Shown here in pieces: positions 1 to 11,597 of a stretch of 64,000 nucleotides of DNA (positions are counted from its first letter, which is position 1; the number at the start of each line of letters is the position of its first letter). A program made the translations under genes and the position numbers. This DNA comes from Dehalococcoidia bacterium (GTDB lineage: Bacteria > Chloroflexota > Dehalococcoidia > UBA2979), in contig OZ219868.1 in NCBI GenBank assembly GCA_964291495.2, positions 1-64,000 on the forward strand, written 5' to 3'. Under the pieces are notes generated by a model. That model worked only from the letters and a program-made list of their open reading frames with translations, did not search any database and was not told the DNA's origin.

Positions 1-816
1 CCAGGCCGAGGAGCTCGCCGGGAAGACGGCGAGCTACAGCGTCCAGCTCCTCGAGGTCAAGCAGGAGGTGCTGCCGGACCTCGACGACGACTTTGCCCGC
101 TCCCTCGACGAGGAAGGCATCGAGAACCTCGAACAGCTCCACGACGCTCGTCAGCCGAGGGTGTGCGGGAGCAGATCGAGGCGGTCCACGAGATGACCTA
201 CCGCGAGGAGGTCGTGGACCTCCTCCTCGCCACCGCCGAGCTGGACTACCCCGAGGTGCTGGTCGAGCGCGAGATCGACCGCCTCGTCGACGAGCAGTCG
301 CAGCACGCCGCCCACGAGCGCGAGGACTTCGAGCGCTGGCTGCAAGCGATCGGGCGCACCGAGGAAGAGGTGCGTGACTCCCTGCGCGAGCAGGCCGACC
401 TGATCGTGAGGCGGGGCCTTGTGCTCGCGGAGTTCGCGGTCCGCGAGGAGATCGCGGCCTCCGACGAGGAGATCGGCGAGCGCGTCGACGAGACTCGTCG
501 AGCAGGCCTCGGCGGGGACGACGGACCTCGAGCAGCGCGCGCGCGTGCGCGGGATGCTTCGACACGGAGCAGATGCGCGCCTCGCTGCGTGAGCGCCTGA
601 TCTCCGAACGTGCGCTGGAGCGGCTGATCGAGAATCGCCTCGCAGGAGGACGAAGAGCTCGAACCGCGCTCGCCGCGCCGTCGCGGCCGCCGTCGCCGCG
701 GCTCGCGCGCCGCCGCCGACGAGGACGGCGACGAGCAGGCGGACGACAGCGGGGCTCCCGAGGAGGCCTCGGCGGAGGCGGACGCCGGAGACGGCGACGA
801 GGACAGCGAGTCGTAG
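1..816 (+). CDS. tig: Trigger factor, 3' part (5'-truncated by window; several apparent indels)
   Basis: Frame 2 from base 2 reads QAEELAGKTASYSVQLLEVKQEVLPDLDDDFARSL; frame 1 continues PEVLVEREIDRL...VLAEFAVREEI; acidic tail ends at TAG 814-816; lies upstream of clpP-clpX. Confidence 0.9.
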
Positions 817-905
817 GGCGGCGCTCGGAGCGCGCCCGTGGTCCAAGGGAATGCGAGAGCAACACGCACGCCGGAGAACCGGCGGCGGCGGGGAAGACGG
901 GTGAT

Positions 906-1530
906 ATGACGATGCGGCCGGGCGCGATTCCTCCGAGCAACGTCGTGCCGATGGTGGTCGAGACGACCGCCCGGGGCGAAGCGCGCGTACGACATCTACT
1001 CGCTGCTCCTGAAGGAGCGCATCATCTTCCTGGGCACGCCGATCGACGACCACGTCGCCAACATGATCGTCGCCCAGCTGCTCTACCTGGAGCGCGAAGA
1101 CCCCGACCGCGACATCAACATGTACATCCACTCGCCGGGCGGCGTGATCACCGCCGGCCTCGCGATCTACGACACGATGAACCTGATCCGCTCGGACGTC
1201 TCGACGATCGCGGTCGGCGCGACCGCCTCGATGGCGACGGTGTTGCTGGCGGCCGGGGCGGACAGCAAGCGCTACGCGCTGCCGAACGCCACCGTGCATA
1301 TGCACCAGGCGATGGGCGGCGCGCGCGGTCAGGCGGCGGACATCGAGATCGCGGCGCGCGAAATCCTGCGCAACAACGAGATCATCCGCAACATCCTCGC
1401 GGAGCGGACCGGCCAGCCGATCGACCGCATCCGCGCCGACACCGACCGTGACTACTACCTCAACGCGGAACAGGCCCTCGAGTACGGGATGATCGACGAG
1501 ATCCTCGCGAGCCCGGGCGGGGACGAGTAG
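906..1530 (+). CDS. clpP: ATP-dependent Clp protease proteolytic subunit (one apparent frameshift near 980)
   Basis: [13 protein letters not shown] then [43 protein letters not shown] motifs. Confidence 0.95.
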
Positions 1531-1586
1531 CCTCGGAGGACCGGACGGCGGGACGGAGCGAGGCGGGGAGAGCGGGAGCCGGAGCG

Positions 1587-2889
<1,303 letters not shown>

Positions 2890-2896
2890 GCGCTCG

Positions 2897-4889
2897 TTAC
2901 TTCCAAGGTCGCGCGGTACGCCTCGAACTGCTCGTAGAAGTCCTCGAAGCCGATGTCGAAGGACAGGGAGAACAGCAGGTCGAAGCGCAGCTGCGTTCCC
3001 TCCGCGGAGAGTGTGAAGAAGAAGCCGAAGAGGGAGTCTTCACCCGCGCGATTCACGAGCCACTCGACGGGCGAGGTAGCCCAGCGCCTCGTCCGCAGTG
3101 TCCAGCACCTGACGCAGAGGCGGCGCGGTCGCGGCCCGCCTGATCAGTTCGTTGCGGTACTGGTCGAGGTTCAGGCCCTTCTCCGCCGCTCGATAGGCAG
3201 CCGTTGCGTACGCTCTCGTTCCGGATACCAGCCACTGGAGGCGGGGGGCATGCGTCTCGGGCAACAGGGTCTCAACGTAATAGGTGTCCTGGGCCGGGGA
3301 TTCCCGCACCGGTCCAGCGTGATGGCGATCACGTCGTGGTAGAGCCGTGAGCAACTTCTCGTGGCTTCGTCCCACTCGGGGAGTGTGGCGCGCATGGCTT
3401 CCGCGTCGGGAGCCACGTAGACCGTGAACTCCTCGGCTCGAGCCCTGAAGCGTTCGGCAAAGAACTGCTGCATCCGCTCGAACTCGGTGGCGATGGCTGA
3501 CTCGTCGCTGGGTGAGATGTCTCCGAGGAAGACCATAACGGGCTCGCGCCGGAGATCGACCAGGTGTGGCAGCGGCGGTGCGACGGCTTCGGCATGAGCC
3601 TCGAACAGAGCGTAGAAGTCCTGGGCGGAGATGCCGAACGCTACCAGGAATGCGTCTTCCAGGCTCAGGCCGCGCGCCAGCATCTGGTAGTAGTCGGTGA
3701 TGGCGTAGTCACCCGCGCGAGTAGCAAGCCACTCCACGGCCAGAAAGGCGAGGCTCTCGTACGCCTCGCGCAGCGTCCAGTCGGTCCAGCTCAAGCGAAG
3801 CGGCAAGCCAACCCATGTATCGAGACTGCGCTGCGCACGAATGGCCTGTCTGGCCCTGGCGACATGGTCGCCTCGCGCGGTCTCGTACGCCGTGGTTCCC
3901 AAGGCGGCACGGTACAGCGTGCCGACGTACAGGTCAGTGCCTCGGGACATCCATAGCGGGTTCGAGGAACCGCAACATTTGATTCGGGGGGCGCTCCAGC
4001 GCGCAAGAAGGTCTGGCGGGTATGCGCAATCCAGCGTCCAGAAGCGAACCCGGCCAGACCCCTCGCCGCAGAAACTGTCGCCCGACAAATATCTCCCGTA
4101 CCCATACTGGTCACGGTAGGCATCGCGTACCACATCCGCATCCCAGCCGATGTGAGGGATCCGGCTTATCTCGGCGACGCCGAAGCGCTCTGCGAAGAAC
4201 CCGCGCGCCCGCTCGTACGCGGCGCGGAGCTCGGCCTGGATGTGGTCAGGGATGTCGTCAAGAAACACGATGGGAGGATCCGCGGTGCCGGGCTGCCAGA
4301 GGTTGAACGGCGCGACGGCCTCGATCCACAGCGCTTCGCCTCCGCTGAGGGTTGCGTCCCCAAAGCGGTAAGTCTTGTACTGCTGTCTGACGGGATCCCA
4401 GCGCCACGCCCGCGCCTCGGTGTCAGCGGGCGGCGCCACCGCGCCGTCGGCCACCACACCTACGAGGTTCGGCCCGGCTCGCAGCCGGAGGACAAGGCCA
4501 TCCGTCGCGGTCGGGCGCGTCCACCGTACCGGCGTGTCGCCGGCGACGTAGAGCCAGAGCCCGATGCCGGGCGTGATCGTCGGGAACCTGTCGTGCCGTT
4601 CCGGCCACGCGTACGCGTAGTTCTTCGAGGTCGCGTCCTGTGTCGCCACCACGCGCAGAGCCTCGACCTCCTCGAACAGGCCCGAGACGCTGGTCTCCGG
4701 CCCGACCCAGCCGACCATGTTCCAGCCGGGCTGCAGCACGGTCGTGATCGTCTCGCCCTCAAGCGGCTCTTCCGAGGCTTCGGCGATGCTCGCCTGCGTA
4801 GGCGCGAGCACGGCGGCGAGCACGAGCGCCGAGAGGGTGGTGAGGAGTGGGTGTCCGAGGCGTCTGAGGCTCAAGGTGTTCTCCCGCAC
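2897..4889 (-). CDS. Secreted hypothetical protein with two repeated peptidase-MA-like helical modules (frameshifted in 3' part; 3' end approximate)
   Basis: Signal peptide, [11 protein letters not shown]-terminal motif; module VFL.DI...FFAERF...W..G...LA.EWL..RAG...F.I..EDFY..FEA appears twice across ORFs 3171-4889, 3040-3375 and 2451-3056. Confidence 0.65.
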
Positions 4890-4975
4890 TCTCTACCTCA
4901 CAAGACGCTCGCGTCGTCCCCGAGGTTCCCGGCCCCGGCAGCGTCCGCGGCTGCTGCGGGGTATCCTCGATCCCT

Positions 4976-5755
4976 ATGACAACCGCCGCCGGACGCCGAT
5001 CGCGCGCGCGACTGCGCCTCGACGAGTTGCTCGTCGAGCGTGGGCTGGCGTCCGACGCCGAGCACGCGCGAGCGCTCGTGCTCGCGCGCGATGTGCGTGT
5101 CGAGGGCGCGGTGGCGACCCGGCCCGCGGAGGCCGTCGCACCCGGAGTCGCCCTCGAGCTACGCGAGCGTCCGCGCTATGTCAGCCGCGGCGGCGAGAAG
5201 CTCGCGGCGGCGCTCGACCGCACGGGCCTCGAGGTGCGCGGGCTGCGCTGCCTCGATGTCGGCGCCTCCACGGGAGGCTTCAGCGACTGCCTGCTGCAGC
5301 GCTGCGCGCGCGAAGTCGTCGCGGTCGATGCCGGCTACGGGCAGCTTGCGCAGCGGCTGCGCGACGACCCGCGCGTCGAGGTCCGGGAACGCACCAACGC
5401 GCGCGACCTCGAGCCGCTCGACCCGCCTGCCGACCTGGCCGTCGTCGATGTCTCGTTTATCTCCCTGACCGCCGTGCTGCCCGCTGCGCTGCGCTCGCTG
5501 CGGCCGGGCGGCGATGTGCTCGCGCTGGTCAAGCCGCAGTTCGAGGCGCGGCGTCAGCAGGTGCAGCGCGGCGGCGTGGTGCACGACCCGCAGGTACACG
5601 CCGAGGTGGTCGGCAAAGTCGCGGCGTGGGCCCTCGATCGAGGGGTGCGCGTGCGCGGCGTCTACCGCTCGCCGCTTGCCGGGCCTGCCGGGAATCGCGA
5701 GTTCTTCCTCTGGCTGCGCACACCCGCCGCCGAGCCTCCGCGAGGCGAGTCGTGA
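4976..5755 (+). CDS. tlyA: TlyA family rRNA 2'-O-methyltransferase
   Basis: RLDELLVERGL S4 domain, YVSRGGEKL, DVGASTGGF, DVSFISL, LVKPQFE, GNREF. Confidence 0.95.
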   Translation: MTTAAGRRSRARLRLDELLVERGLASDAEHARALVLARDVRVEGAVATRPAEAVAPGVALELRERPRYVSRGGEKLAAALDRTGLEVRGLRCLDVGASTGGFSDCLLQRCAREVVAVDAGYGQLAQRLRDDPRVEVRERTNARDLEPLDPPADLAVVDVSFISLTAVLPAALRSLRPGGDVLALVKPQFEARRQQVQRGGVVHDPQVHAEVVGKVAAWALDRGVRVRGVYRSPLAGPAGNREFFLWLRTPAAEPPRGES

Positions 5756-6648
5756 GTGGCGAGGGCGGCCTCGGCGCGATCGGACGCTGCGGGGTCTGCT
5801 ATCACCCCGACGTACACGGCGCGCGGGTGCTCGCCGAGCGCCTGCACGCGCAGGTCGCCGAGGCCGGCATCGAGAGCTGGTGCGCGCCGCTGGAGCGCGA
5901 CGGTCCGGCCCGCGGCGAGGGTCCGGTGGAGGCGCAGCTGCCCGGCTCCGACCTGCTGGTCTGCGTCGGCGGCGACGGCACGGTGCTCCAGGCCTCGGGG
6001 ATCGCCTCGGCCCTCGGCGTCCCGATCTTCGGCGTGCGCATGGGCCGGCTCGGCTTCCTCGCCGAGTCCACCGAGGGCGAGGCCGAGGCGGCGCTGCAAC
6101 TGATCCTCGGCGGCGGCGGCCGCATCGAGGAGCGCACGATGGCGCAGGCGGTCATCGGAGACGGCGAGCCGCTGCACGCGCTCAACGACGTCGTCATCGG
6201 ACGGCACCGCCTCGGGCGCACGGTCTCGGTCGGCGTCCATGTCGACGGCGTCGTGCTCGCCGAGTACCGCACCGACGCAGTCATCGTCGCGACGGCGACC
6301 GGCTCCACCGGGTACGCGCTCGCGATCCATGGGCCGATCCTCTATCCGACCTCGAGCGAGCTGATCGTCGCGGCGGTCGCGCCGCACCTCTCCTACGGCA
6401 ACGCGCTCGTGCTGCGCGACGGTGCGGAAGTCACGCTGGAGGTCGCGCGTGGCCACGAGGCGGTGATGACCGTCGACGGCCATCACGAGATCGAGGTCCG
6501 GTCCGGGAGCATGGTGCGCATCATGCGATCGCCGCGGAGGGCGCGCTTCGTGCGCCTCGGGGGCGAGAACCAGTTCTACGCCAACCTCGCGCAGCGTCTC
6601 GGCTGGCTGCGCCTCGACCATCAGCTCGGCGAGCTGGAGCGAGACTGA
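5752..6648 (+). CDS. nadK: NAD(+) kinase
   Basis: GGDGTVL, GRLGFL, ALNDVV, ATATGSTGY motifs; GTG start overlaps tlyA stop (GTGA). Confidence 0.93.
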   Translation: MSGEGGLGAIGRCGVCYHPDVHGARVLAERLHAQVAEAGIESWCAPLERDGPARGEGPVEAQLPGSDLLVCVGGDGTVLQASGIASALGVPIFGVRMGRLGFLAESTEGEAEAALQLILGGGGRIEERTMAQAVIGDGEPLHALNDVVIGRHRLGRTVSVGVHVDGVVLAEYRTDAVIVATATGSTGYALAIHGPILYPTSSELIVAAVAPHLSYGNALVLRDGAEVTLEVARGHEAVMTVDGHHEIEVRSGSMVRIMRSPRRARFVRLGGENQFYANLAQRLGWLRLDHQLGELERD

Positions 6649-6720
6649 CGATGAACACGCATCAGGCCGCCCTCGTGCCCCCCGTCGCCCGATTGCGTCG
6701 CGCGGGACTATCCTAGAAGC

Positions 6721-7212
6721 ATGACCGCCCCGGCTCTCCCCACGACGGTCGAGCGCGCGACCATCCATGACGTGGACGGGATCCACGCGCTCGTCAACTT
6801 CTGGGCGGCCCGCGGCGACATGCTGCCGCGCACCAAGGGCGAGACCTACGAGAACCTGCGCGACTTCTTCGTCGTCCGCGAGGGCGAGGAGGTCGTGGCC
6901 TGCGGCGCGCTGCACATCGTCTGGGCCGACATCGCCGAGGTGAAGTCGCTCGCCGTCTCCGAGGAGCGGCAGGGGCGCGGCTACGGCCAGCTGCTGGTGC
7001 AGGCCTGCATCGACGAGGCCGGGCGGCTCGGCCTCGAGCGCGTCTTCGCCCTCACCTACCGCCCGGAGTTCTTCGAGCGCCTCGGCTTCGAGCAGGCCGA
7101 CGTGATGGAGCTGCCGCGCAAGGTCTGGAACGAGTGCTACCGCTGCCCGAAGTTCCCGGGCTGCAACGAGATCGCGATGACGCTCGACCTGCCGTCGCCG
7201 GTTGCGGCCTGA
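6721..7212 (+). CDS. GNAT N-acetyltransferase, short amino-acid N-acetyltransferase (ArgA-like) type
   Basis: MLPR..YENLRDF, AEVKSLAV, VFALTY..FF, LPRKVW.EC..CPKF..C. Confidence 0.85.
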   Translation: MTAPALPTTVERATIHDVDGIHALVNFWAARGDMLPRTKGETYENLRDFFVVREGEEVVACGALHIVWADIAEVKSLAVSEERQGRGYGQLLVQACIDEAGRLGLERVFALTYRPEFFERLGFEQADVMELPRKVWNECYRCPKFPGCNEIAMTLDLPSPVAA

Positions 7213-7219
7213 CTCCCGC

Positions 7220-7780
7220 GTGAGCGAAGAGCTGCCCGAAGTCCTGAGTAACGACCGCGCCTACGAGGGTGCGCTCTTCGCTGTCGACGAGGCGCGGCTG
7301 CGCTTCCCCGACGGCTCCGAGGGTCCGCGCGAGACCGTCGTGCACCCCGGCGCGGTCGCGCTCCTCGCACGGCTCGACGACGACCGCTTGCTGCTCGTCG
7401 AGCAGTACCGGCACGGGGCGAGGCAGCGCCTGCTCGAGGTGCCCGCCGGGACGCGCGAGCCGGGCGAGCCGCCGGCGGTCACCGCGCGCCGCGAGCTACG
7501 CGAGGAGACCGGCTACGACGCCGAGTCGCTCGTGCGCCTCGGGGGCGCCTGGATGGCGCCGGGCTTCACCAGCGAGTACATCGACTTCTACCTCGCGACC
7601 GGGCTCTTCGAGGCGCCGCTCGACACGGGCGACGAGGAGGATCTGGGCGCGCCGATCGCCGTCACGCTCGACGAACTGGACGCTGCGATCGGCGCGGGAC
7701 GGGTCGAGGACGCGAAGACGATCATCGCGCGCCACCTCTACGGGCTGCGCCGGCGCGAGGACGACCGCCCCGAGGGCTGA
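7220..7780 (+). CDS. NUDIX hydrolase (ADP-ribose pyrophosphatase-like)
   Basis: HPGAV, QYR, EVPAG.REPGE...TARRELREETG Nudix box, DAKT. Confidence 0.9.
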   Translation: MSEELPEVLSNDRAYEGALFAVDEARLRFPDGSEGPRETVVHPGAVALLARLDDDRLLLVEQYRHGARQRLLEVPAGTREPGEPPAVTARRELREETGYDAESLVRLGGAWMAPGFTSEYIDFYLATGLFEAPLDTGDEEDLGAPIAVTLDELDAAIGAGRVEDAKTIIARHLYGLRRREDDRPEG

Positions 7781-7867
7781 TCCACGCCGCTTGACCATGA
7801 CCCCGGCCACGGGAATAGTGAGCGCTGCCGCGTCGGCAGCCGCCGTGCGACGGCATGGCCGACCGGA

Positions 7868-9640
7868 ATGAGAGGCGCAGTGGCCGACGATCTCCAGCAC
7901 GACCTGCTCATCGTTGGCGGCGGCGGGGCCGGCCTGCGCGCCGTCATCGCCGCAGCCGAGGCCTACCCCGGCCTCGACATCGCGATGGTCTCCAAGGTCT
8001 ACCCGATGCGCAGCCACACGGTTTCGGCCGAGGGCGGCGCCGCGGCCGTGATCAAGGACAACGACTCCCTCGAGGAGCACATCCACGACACGATCAGCGG
8101 TGCCGACTGGCTCGCCGACCAGGACGCCGTCGAGCTGTTCGTCAACGAGGCCCCGGGCGAGATGATCCAGCTCGAGCACTGGGGCTGCCCGTGGAGCCGC
8201 GAGGAGGACGGCAGCGTCGCCGTCCGCCCCTTCGGCGGGATGCGCATCCGCCGCACCTGGTACGCCGCGGACAAGACCGGCTTCCACATGCTGCACACGC
8301 TGTTCCAGACCTCGCTCAAGTACACGCAGGTCAAGCGCTACGACGAGTGGTTCGCCACCCGCCTGCTCGTCGAGGACGGCCGCTGCCAGGGCGTCGCGGC
8401 GATCGAGCTGCGCACCGGCAAGATGCATGCGATCAAGGCGAAGGCCGTGATCATGTGCACCGGCGGCGGCGGCCGCGTCTTCCCCTTCACCACCAACGCC
8501 GCGATCAAGACCGGCGACGGCATGGCGATGGCCTACCGCGCCGGCGTCGCCCTCAAGGACATGGAGTTCGTCCAGTACCATCCGACCGGGCTGCCCGGCA
8601 CCGGCATCCTGATCACCGAGGCCGCCCGCGGCGAGGGCGGCATCCTCGTCAACACCGAGGGCGAGCGCTACCTGCAGGACTACAACCTCGGCGAGCCGGT
8701 CGAAATCACAGACCCGCGCCACCCACAGCTGCGCACGATGGAGTTGGGCCCGCGCGACAAGCTCTCGCAGGCGTTCATGAAGGAGCAGGCCGCCGGCCGC
8801 GTCTTCGAGGGCGAGTACGGGACGTACACCCACCTCGACGTGCGTCACCTCGGCGAGAGGCTGATCGAGGAGCGCATCCCCTTCGTGCGCGAGCTGGCGA
8901 AGAACTACGCCGGCATCGACCCGGTCCACGAGCCGATCCCCGTGCGCCCGGTCGTGCACTACATGATGGGCGGCATCCACACCGACACGAACGGCGCGAC
9001 CAGCCTGCCCGGCCTCTATGCCGCCGGCGAGTGCGCCTGCGTGAGCATCAACGGCGCGAACCGCCTCGGCTCGAACTCACTGACCGAGCTGCTCGTCTTC
9101 GGCCGCAACGCCGGCCACGCGGCTGCTGTCTGGGCCCGGGAGCACCCCGAGTTCGACGACGCCTCCATCGAGACGCAGGCCACCGACGAGCAGGCGCGCA
9201 TCACGGAGCGCTTCCTGCAGCCGCGCGAGGGCGGCGAGCGCATCGCCGCGATCCGCCGCGAGCTCAACTCGACGATGGAGGAGGGCGCGGGCGTCTACCG
9301 CGAGCACGCCGGCCTCGAGGCGACGACACAGAAGGTCGCCGAGCTCAAGGAGCGCGCCGACAACATCGTGCTCGACGACCACAGTGCGAGCTTCAACACC
9401 GAGCTGACGGCCGCCCTCGAGCTTGAGTTCCTGCTCGACGTCGGCGAGGCGGTCGCCCACTCCGCGCTCGCGCGCACGGAGTCGCGAGGCTCGCACCAGC
9501 GCACGGACTACGAGGCTCGCGACGACGAGCAGTTCCTCAAGCACTCGCTGGCGTACCGTACGGACGACGCGCCGCGCATCGAGTACTCGGACGTGACGAT
9601 CACCAACTGGCCGCCGGCCGAGCGGACCTACGGGAACTAG
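7868..9640 (+). CDS. frdA: Fumarate reductase/succinate dehydrogenase flavoprotein subunit
   Basis: [25 protein letters not shown] (covalent FAD His), [32 protein letters not shown]; start may be GTG 7880. Confidence 0.93.
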   Translation: MRGAVADDLQHDLLIVGGGGAGLRAVIAAAEAYPGLDIAMVSKVYPMRSHTVSAEGGAAAVIKDNDSLEEHIHDTISGADWLADQDAVELFVNEAPGEMIQLEHWGCPWSREEDGSVAVRPFGGMRIRRTWYAADKTGFHMLHTLFQTSLKYTQVKRYDEWFATRLLVEDGRCQGVAAIELRTGKMHAIKAKAVIMCTGGGGRVFPFTTNAAIKTGDGMAMAYRAGVALKDMEFVQYHPTGLPGTGILITEAARGEGGILVNTEGERYLQDYNLGEPVEITDPRHPQLRTMELGPRDKLSQAFMKEQAAGRVFEGEYGTYTHLDVRHLGERLIEERIPFVRELAKNYAGIDPVHEPIPVRPVVHYMMGGIHTDTNGATSLPGLYAAGECACVSINGANRLGSNSLTELLVFGRNAGHAAAVWAREHPEFDDASIETQATDEQARITERFLQPREGGERIAAIRRELNSTMEEGAGVYREHAGLEATTQKVAELKERADNIVLDDHSASFNTELTAALELEFLLDVGEAVAHSALARTESRGSHQRTDYEARDDEQFLKHSLAYRTDDAPRIEYSDVTITNWPPAERTYGN

Positions 9641-9654
9641 CGACGGGAGGCGCC

Positions 9655-10428
9655 GTGACCAGCGAGACGATGACCGCGACGCAGACCGTGACCCTCGAGG
9701 TCTTCCGTTACCACCCCGACACGGACACGGAGCCCTCGTACCAGAGCTACGAGGTGCCCTACCGCGAGGAGTGGGTGGTCCTCGACGCGCTCAACTGGCT
9801 CAAGGACGAGGTCGACGGCACGCTCAGCTACCGCTGGTCCTGCCGCATGGGTGTGTGCGGCAGCTGCGGGATGATGGTCAACGGCTACCCGCGGCTGACC
9901 TGCAACGCCTTCCTGCGCGAGTTCATGCCCGGCCCGATCCGCGTCGAGCCGCTGCGCGGCTTCCCCGTCGAGCGCGACATGGTCACCGTCCTCGACGACT
10001 TCATGGAGAAGCTGACCGACGTGAAGCCGTGGATCATCCGCGAGGAGGAGCAGCCGATCGAGGAGGGCGAGTACCGCCAGTCGCCCTCGCAGCTCGCGGA
10101 CTTCAAGCAATTCAGCATGTGCATCAACTGCATGCTCTGCTACGCCGCCTGCCCCGTGTACGAGCACGAGGACGAGTTCATCGGCCCGGCCGCGCTCGCC
10201 CTCGCGCAGCGCTACAACCTCGACTCGCGCGACGAGGGCAACGCGCAGCGCCAGGAGCTGATCTGGTCCGACGAGGGCATCTGGGACTGCACCTTCATCG
10301 GCGAGTGCAGCACGGTCTGCCCGAAGCACGTCGACCCGGCGGCCGCGATCCAGCAGGCCAAGGTGGAGGCGACGAACAACTTCTTCATCTCGCTGCTGCC
10401 CTTCACGCCGCCCGGGATGGGTCGCTGA
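9655..10428 (+). CDS. frdB: Fumarate reductase/succinate dehydrogenase iron-sulfur subunit
   Basis: SCRMGVCGSC, CINCMLCYAACP, CTFIGECSTVCP cluster motifs. Confidence 0.93.
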   Translation: MTSETMTATQTVTLEVFRYHPDTDTEPSYQSYEVPYREEWVVLDALNWLKDEVDGTLSYRWSCRMGVCGSCGMMVNGYPRLTCNAFLREFMPGPIRVEPLRGFPVERDMVTVLDDFMEKLTDVKPWIIREEEQPIEEGEYRQSPSQLADFKQFSMCINCMLCYAACPVYEHEDEFIGPAALALAQRYNLDSRDEGNAQRQELIWSDEGIWDCTFIGECSTVCPKHVDPAAAIQQAKVEATNNFFISLLPFTPPGMGR

Positions 10429-10430
10429 CG

Positions 10431-10820
10431 ATGCCCGGACCGCTCCCGAGGACGAAGTCGAACGACTGGTGGAATCGCCGCTGGGCGTACCGCCTCGTCC
10501 TGTTGCGCGAGCTCTCGGCGTTCGCCGTCGCGGGCTACCTCGTGTTGCTGCTGCTGCTCGTCGCGAGCGTCCGCGAGGGCGAGAGCGCGTTCGCCGACTA
10601 TCTCGACGTGCTGAAGAACCCGCTGCTCTGGATCGTGCACGCGGTGCTCCTCGGCCTGGCGCAGTTCCACACCTCCACCTGGTTCCGGCTGGTGCCGAAG
10701 GCGATGCCGCTAAAGCTCGGGGGCTGGCGTGTTCCCGGCGAGCTGCTGATCGCGGGCGTGAACGGGGCCTGGCTGGCCGTGTCGATCGTCGTGCTCGTGA
10801 TCTTCCTGGTCGTGGCGTAG
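10431..10820 (+). CDS. frdC: Fumarate reductase membrane anchor subunit C
   Basis: WW...Y...LLRELSA, HT.TWF.L.PKAM, three TM helices; operon position. Confidence 0.88.
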   Translation: MPGPLPRTKSNDWWNRRWAYRLVLLRELSAFAVAGYLVLLLLLVASVREGESAFADYLDVLKNPLLWIVHAVLLGLAQFHTSTWFRLVPKAMPLKLGGWRVPGELLIAGVNGAWLAVSIVVLVIFLVVA

Positions 10821-10833
10821 AGGGGAGGGCGGC

Positions 10834-11163
10834 GTGAGACCTTCGAACGAGCCGTTCTTCTGGGCGATCTTCTCCGCCGGCGGGATGATCGTGGCGTTCC
10901 TGCTGCCGGTCTTGATCGTCATCACCGGCTTCGTCGTCCCCGCCGAGGGCATCGAGTTCGAGCAGCTCGACAACGTCTTCGGCAACCCGCTGGTGCGGCT
11001 GGTCATCTTCGGCGTGGCGTTCCTCGGCTTCTTCCACGCGGCGCACCGCATCCGCCACCTGCTCAAGGATCTCGGCCTGCGCTCGATCGCGACGCCGATC
11101 GCGGTGATCTGCTATCTCGGAGCGCTGGCCGGAGCGATCTGGGCCGCCACCGTCGTCATATAG
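10834..11163 (+). CDS. frdD: Fumarate reductase membrane anchor subunit D
   Basis: RPSNEPFFWAIFSAGG, HAAHRIRH.L.DLG, CY motifs. Confidence 0.9.
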   Translation: MRPSNEPFFWAIFSAGGMIVAFLLPVLIVITGFVVPAEGIEFEQLDNVFGNPLVRLVIFGVAFLGFFHAAHRIRHLLKDLGLRSIATPIAVICYLGALAGAIWAATVVI

Positions 11164-11202
11164 ACTGTCCCCGCAAGCGACCGGGCGAGCGAGGAGGGCG
11201 CG

Positions 11203-11367
11203 ATGGGCGTCGGCAAGCTGTTCACTCTTATCGGCCTGGGCCTGGTGATCGGCCTCATCATCGCCGTGATCTTCGGGGTGTCCACGGACCTGCCGCCCGC
11301 CGTGGTGGGGGCCGTCATCGGCGTCGTCGTCGCCCTGGTGGCCGGCCACCTGGGCTCGCGGCTGTAG
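11203..11367 (+). CDS. 54-aa two-TM membrane microprotein (absent from ORF track)
   Basis: RBS GAGGAGG upstream; MGVGKLFTLIGLGLVIGLIIAVIFGVSTDLPPAVVGAVIGVVVALVAGHLGSRL*; GC3-rich codons. Confidence 0.8.
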   Translation: MGVGKLFTLIGLGLVIGLIIAVIFGVSTDLPPAVVGAVIGVVVALVAGHLGSRL

Positions 11368-11404
11368 GCTCCACGCGGGCGACGGAGCGATCGAGGGGGA
11401 CGCG

Positions 11405-11575
11405 ATGACCGACCGGCTCAATACGGTGTTCATGACCATCGGCGCGGGCGTCGTGGTCGGCGTGATCGTCGGCATCGTCGCCGAGCTGGTCGCCGACCCG
11501 CCGGCCTTCGTCACCGGCGGTCTGGCCGGCATCCTCGCGGGCGTCGTCGCCGTCTACCTGGCTTCGAGGAAGTAG
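11405..11575 (+). CDS. 56-aa two-TM membrane microprotein, paralog of the preceding one (absent from ORF track)
   Basis: RBS-like GAGGGGG; MTDRLNTVFMTIGAGVVVGVIVGIVAELVADPPAFVTGGLAGILAGVVAVYLASRK*. Confidence 0.8.
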   Translation: MTDRLNTVFMTIGAGVVVGVIVGIVAELVADPPAFVTGGLAGILAGVVAVYLASRK

Positions 11576-11597
11576 CGGCTCTCAGGGGTGCGCCCGG

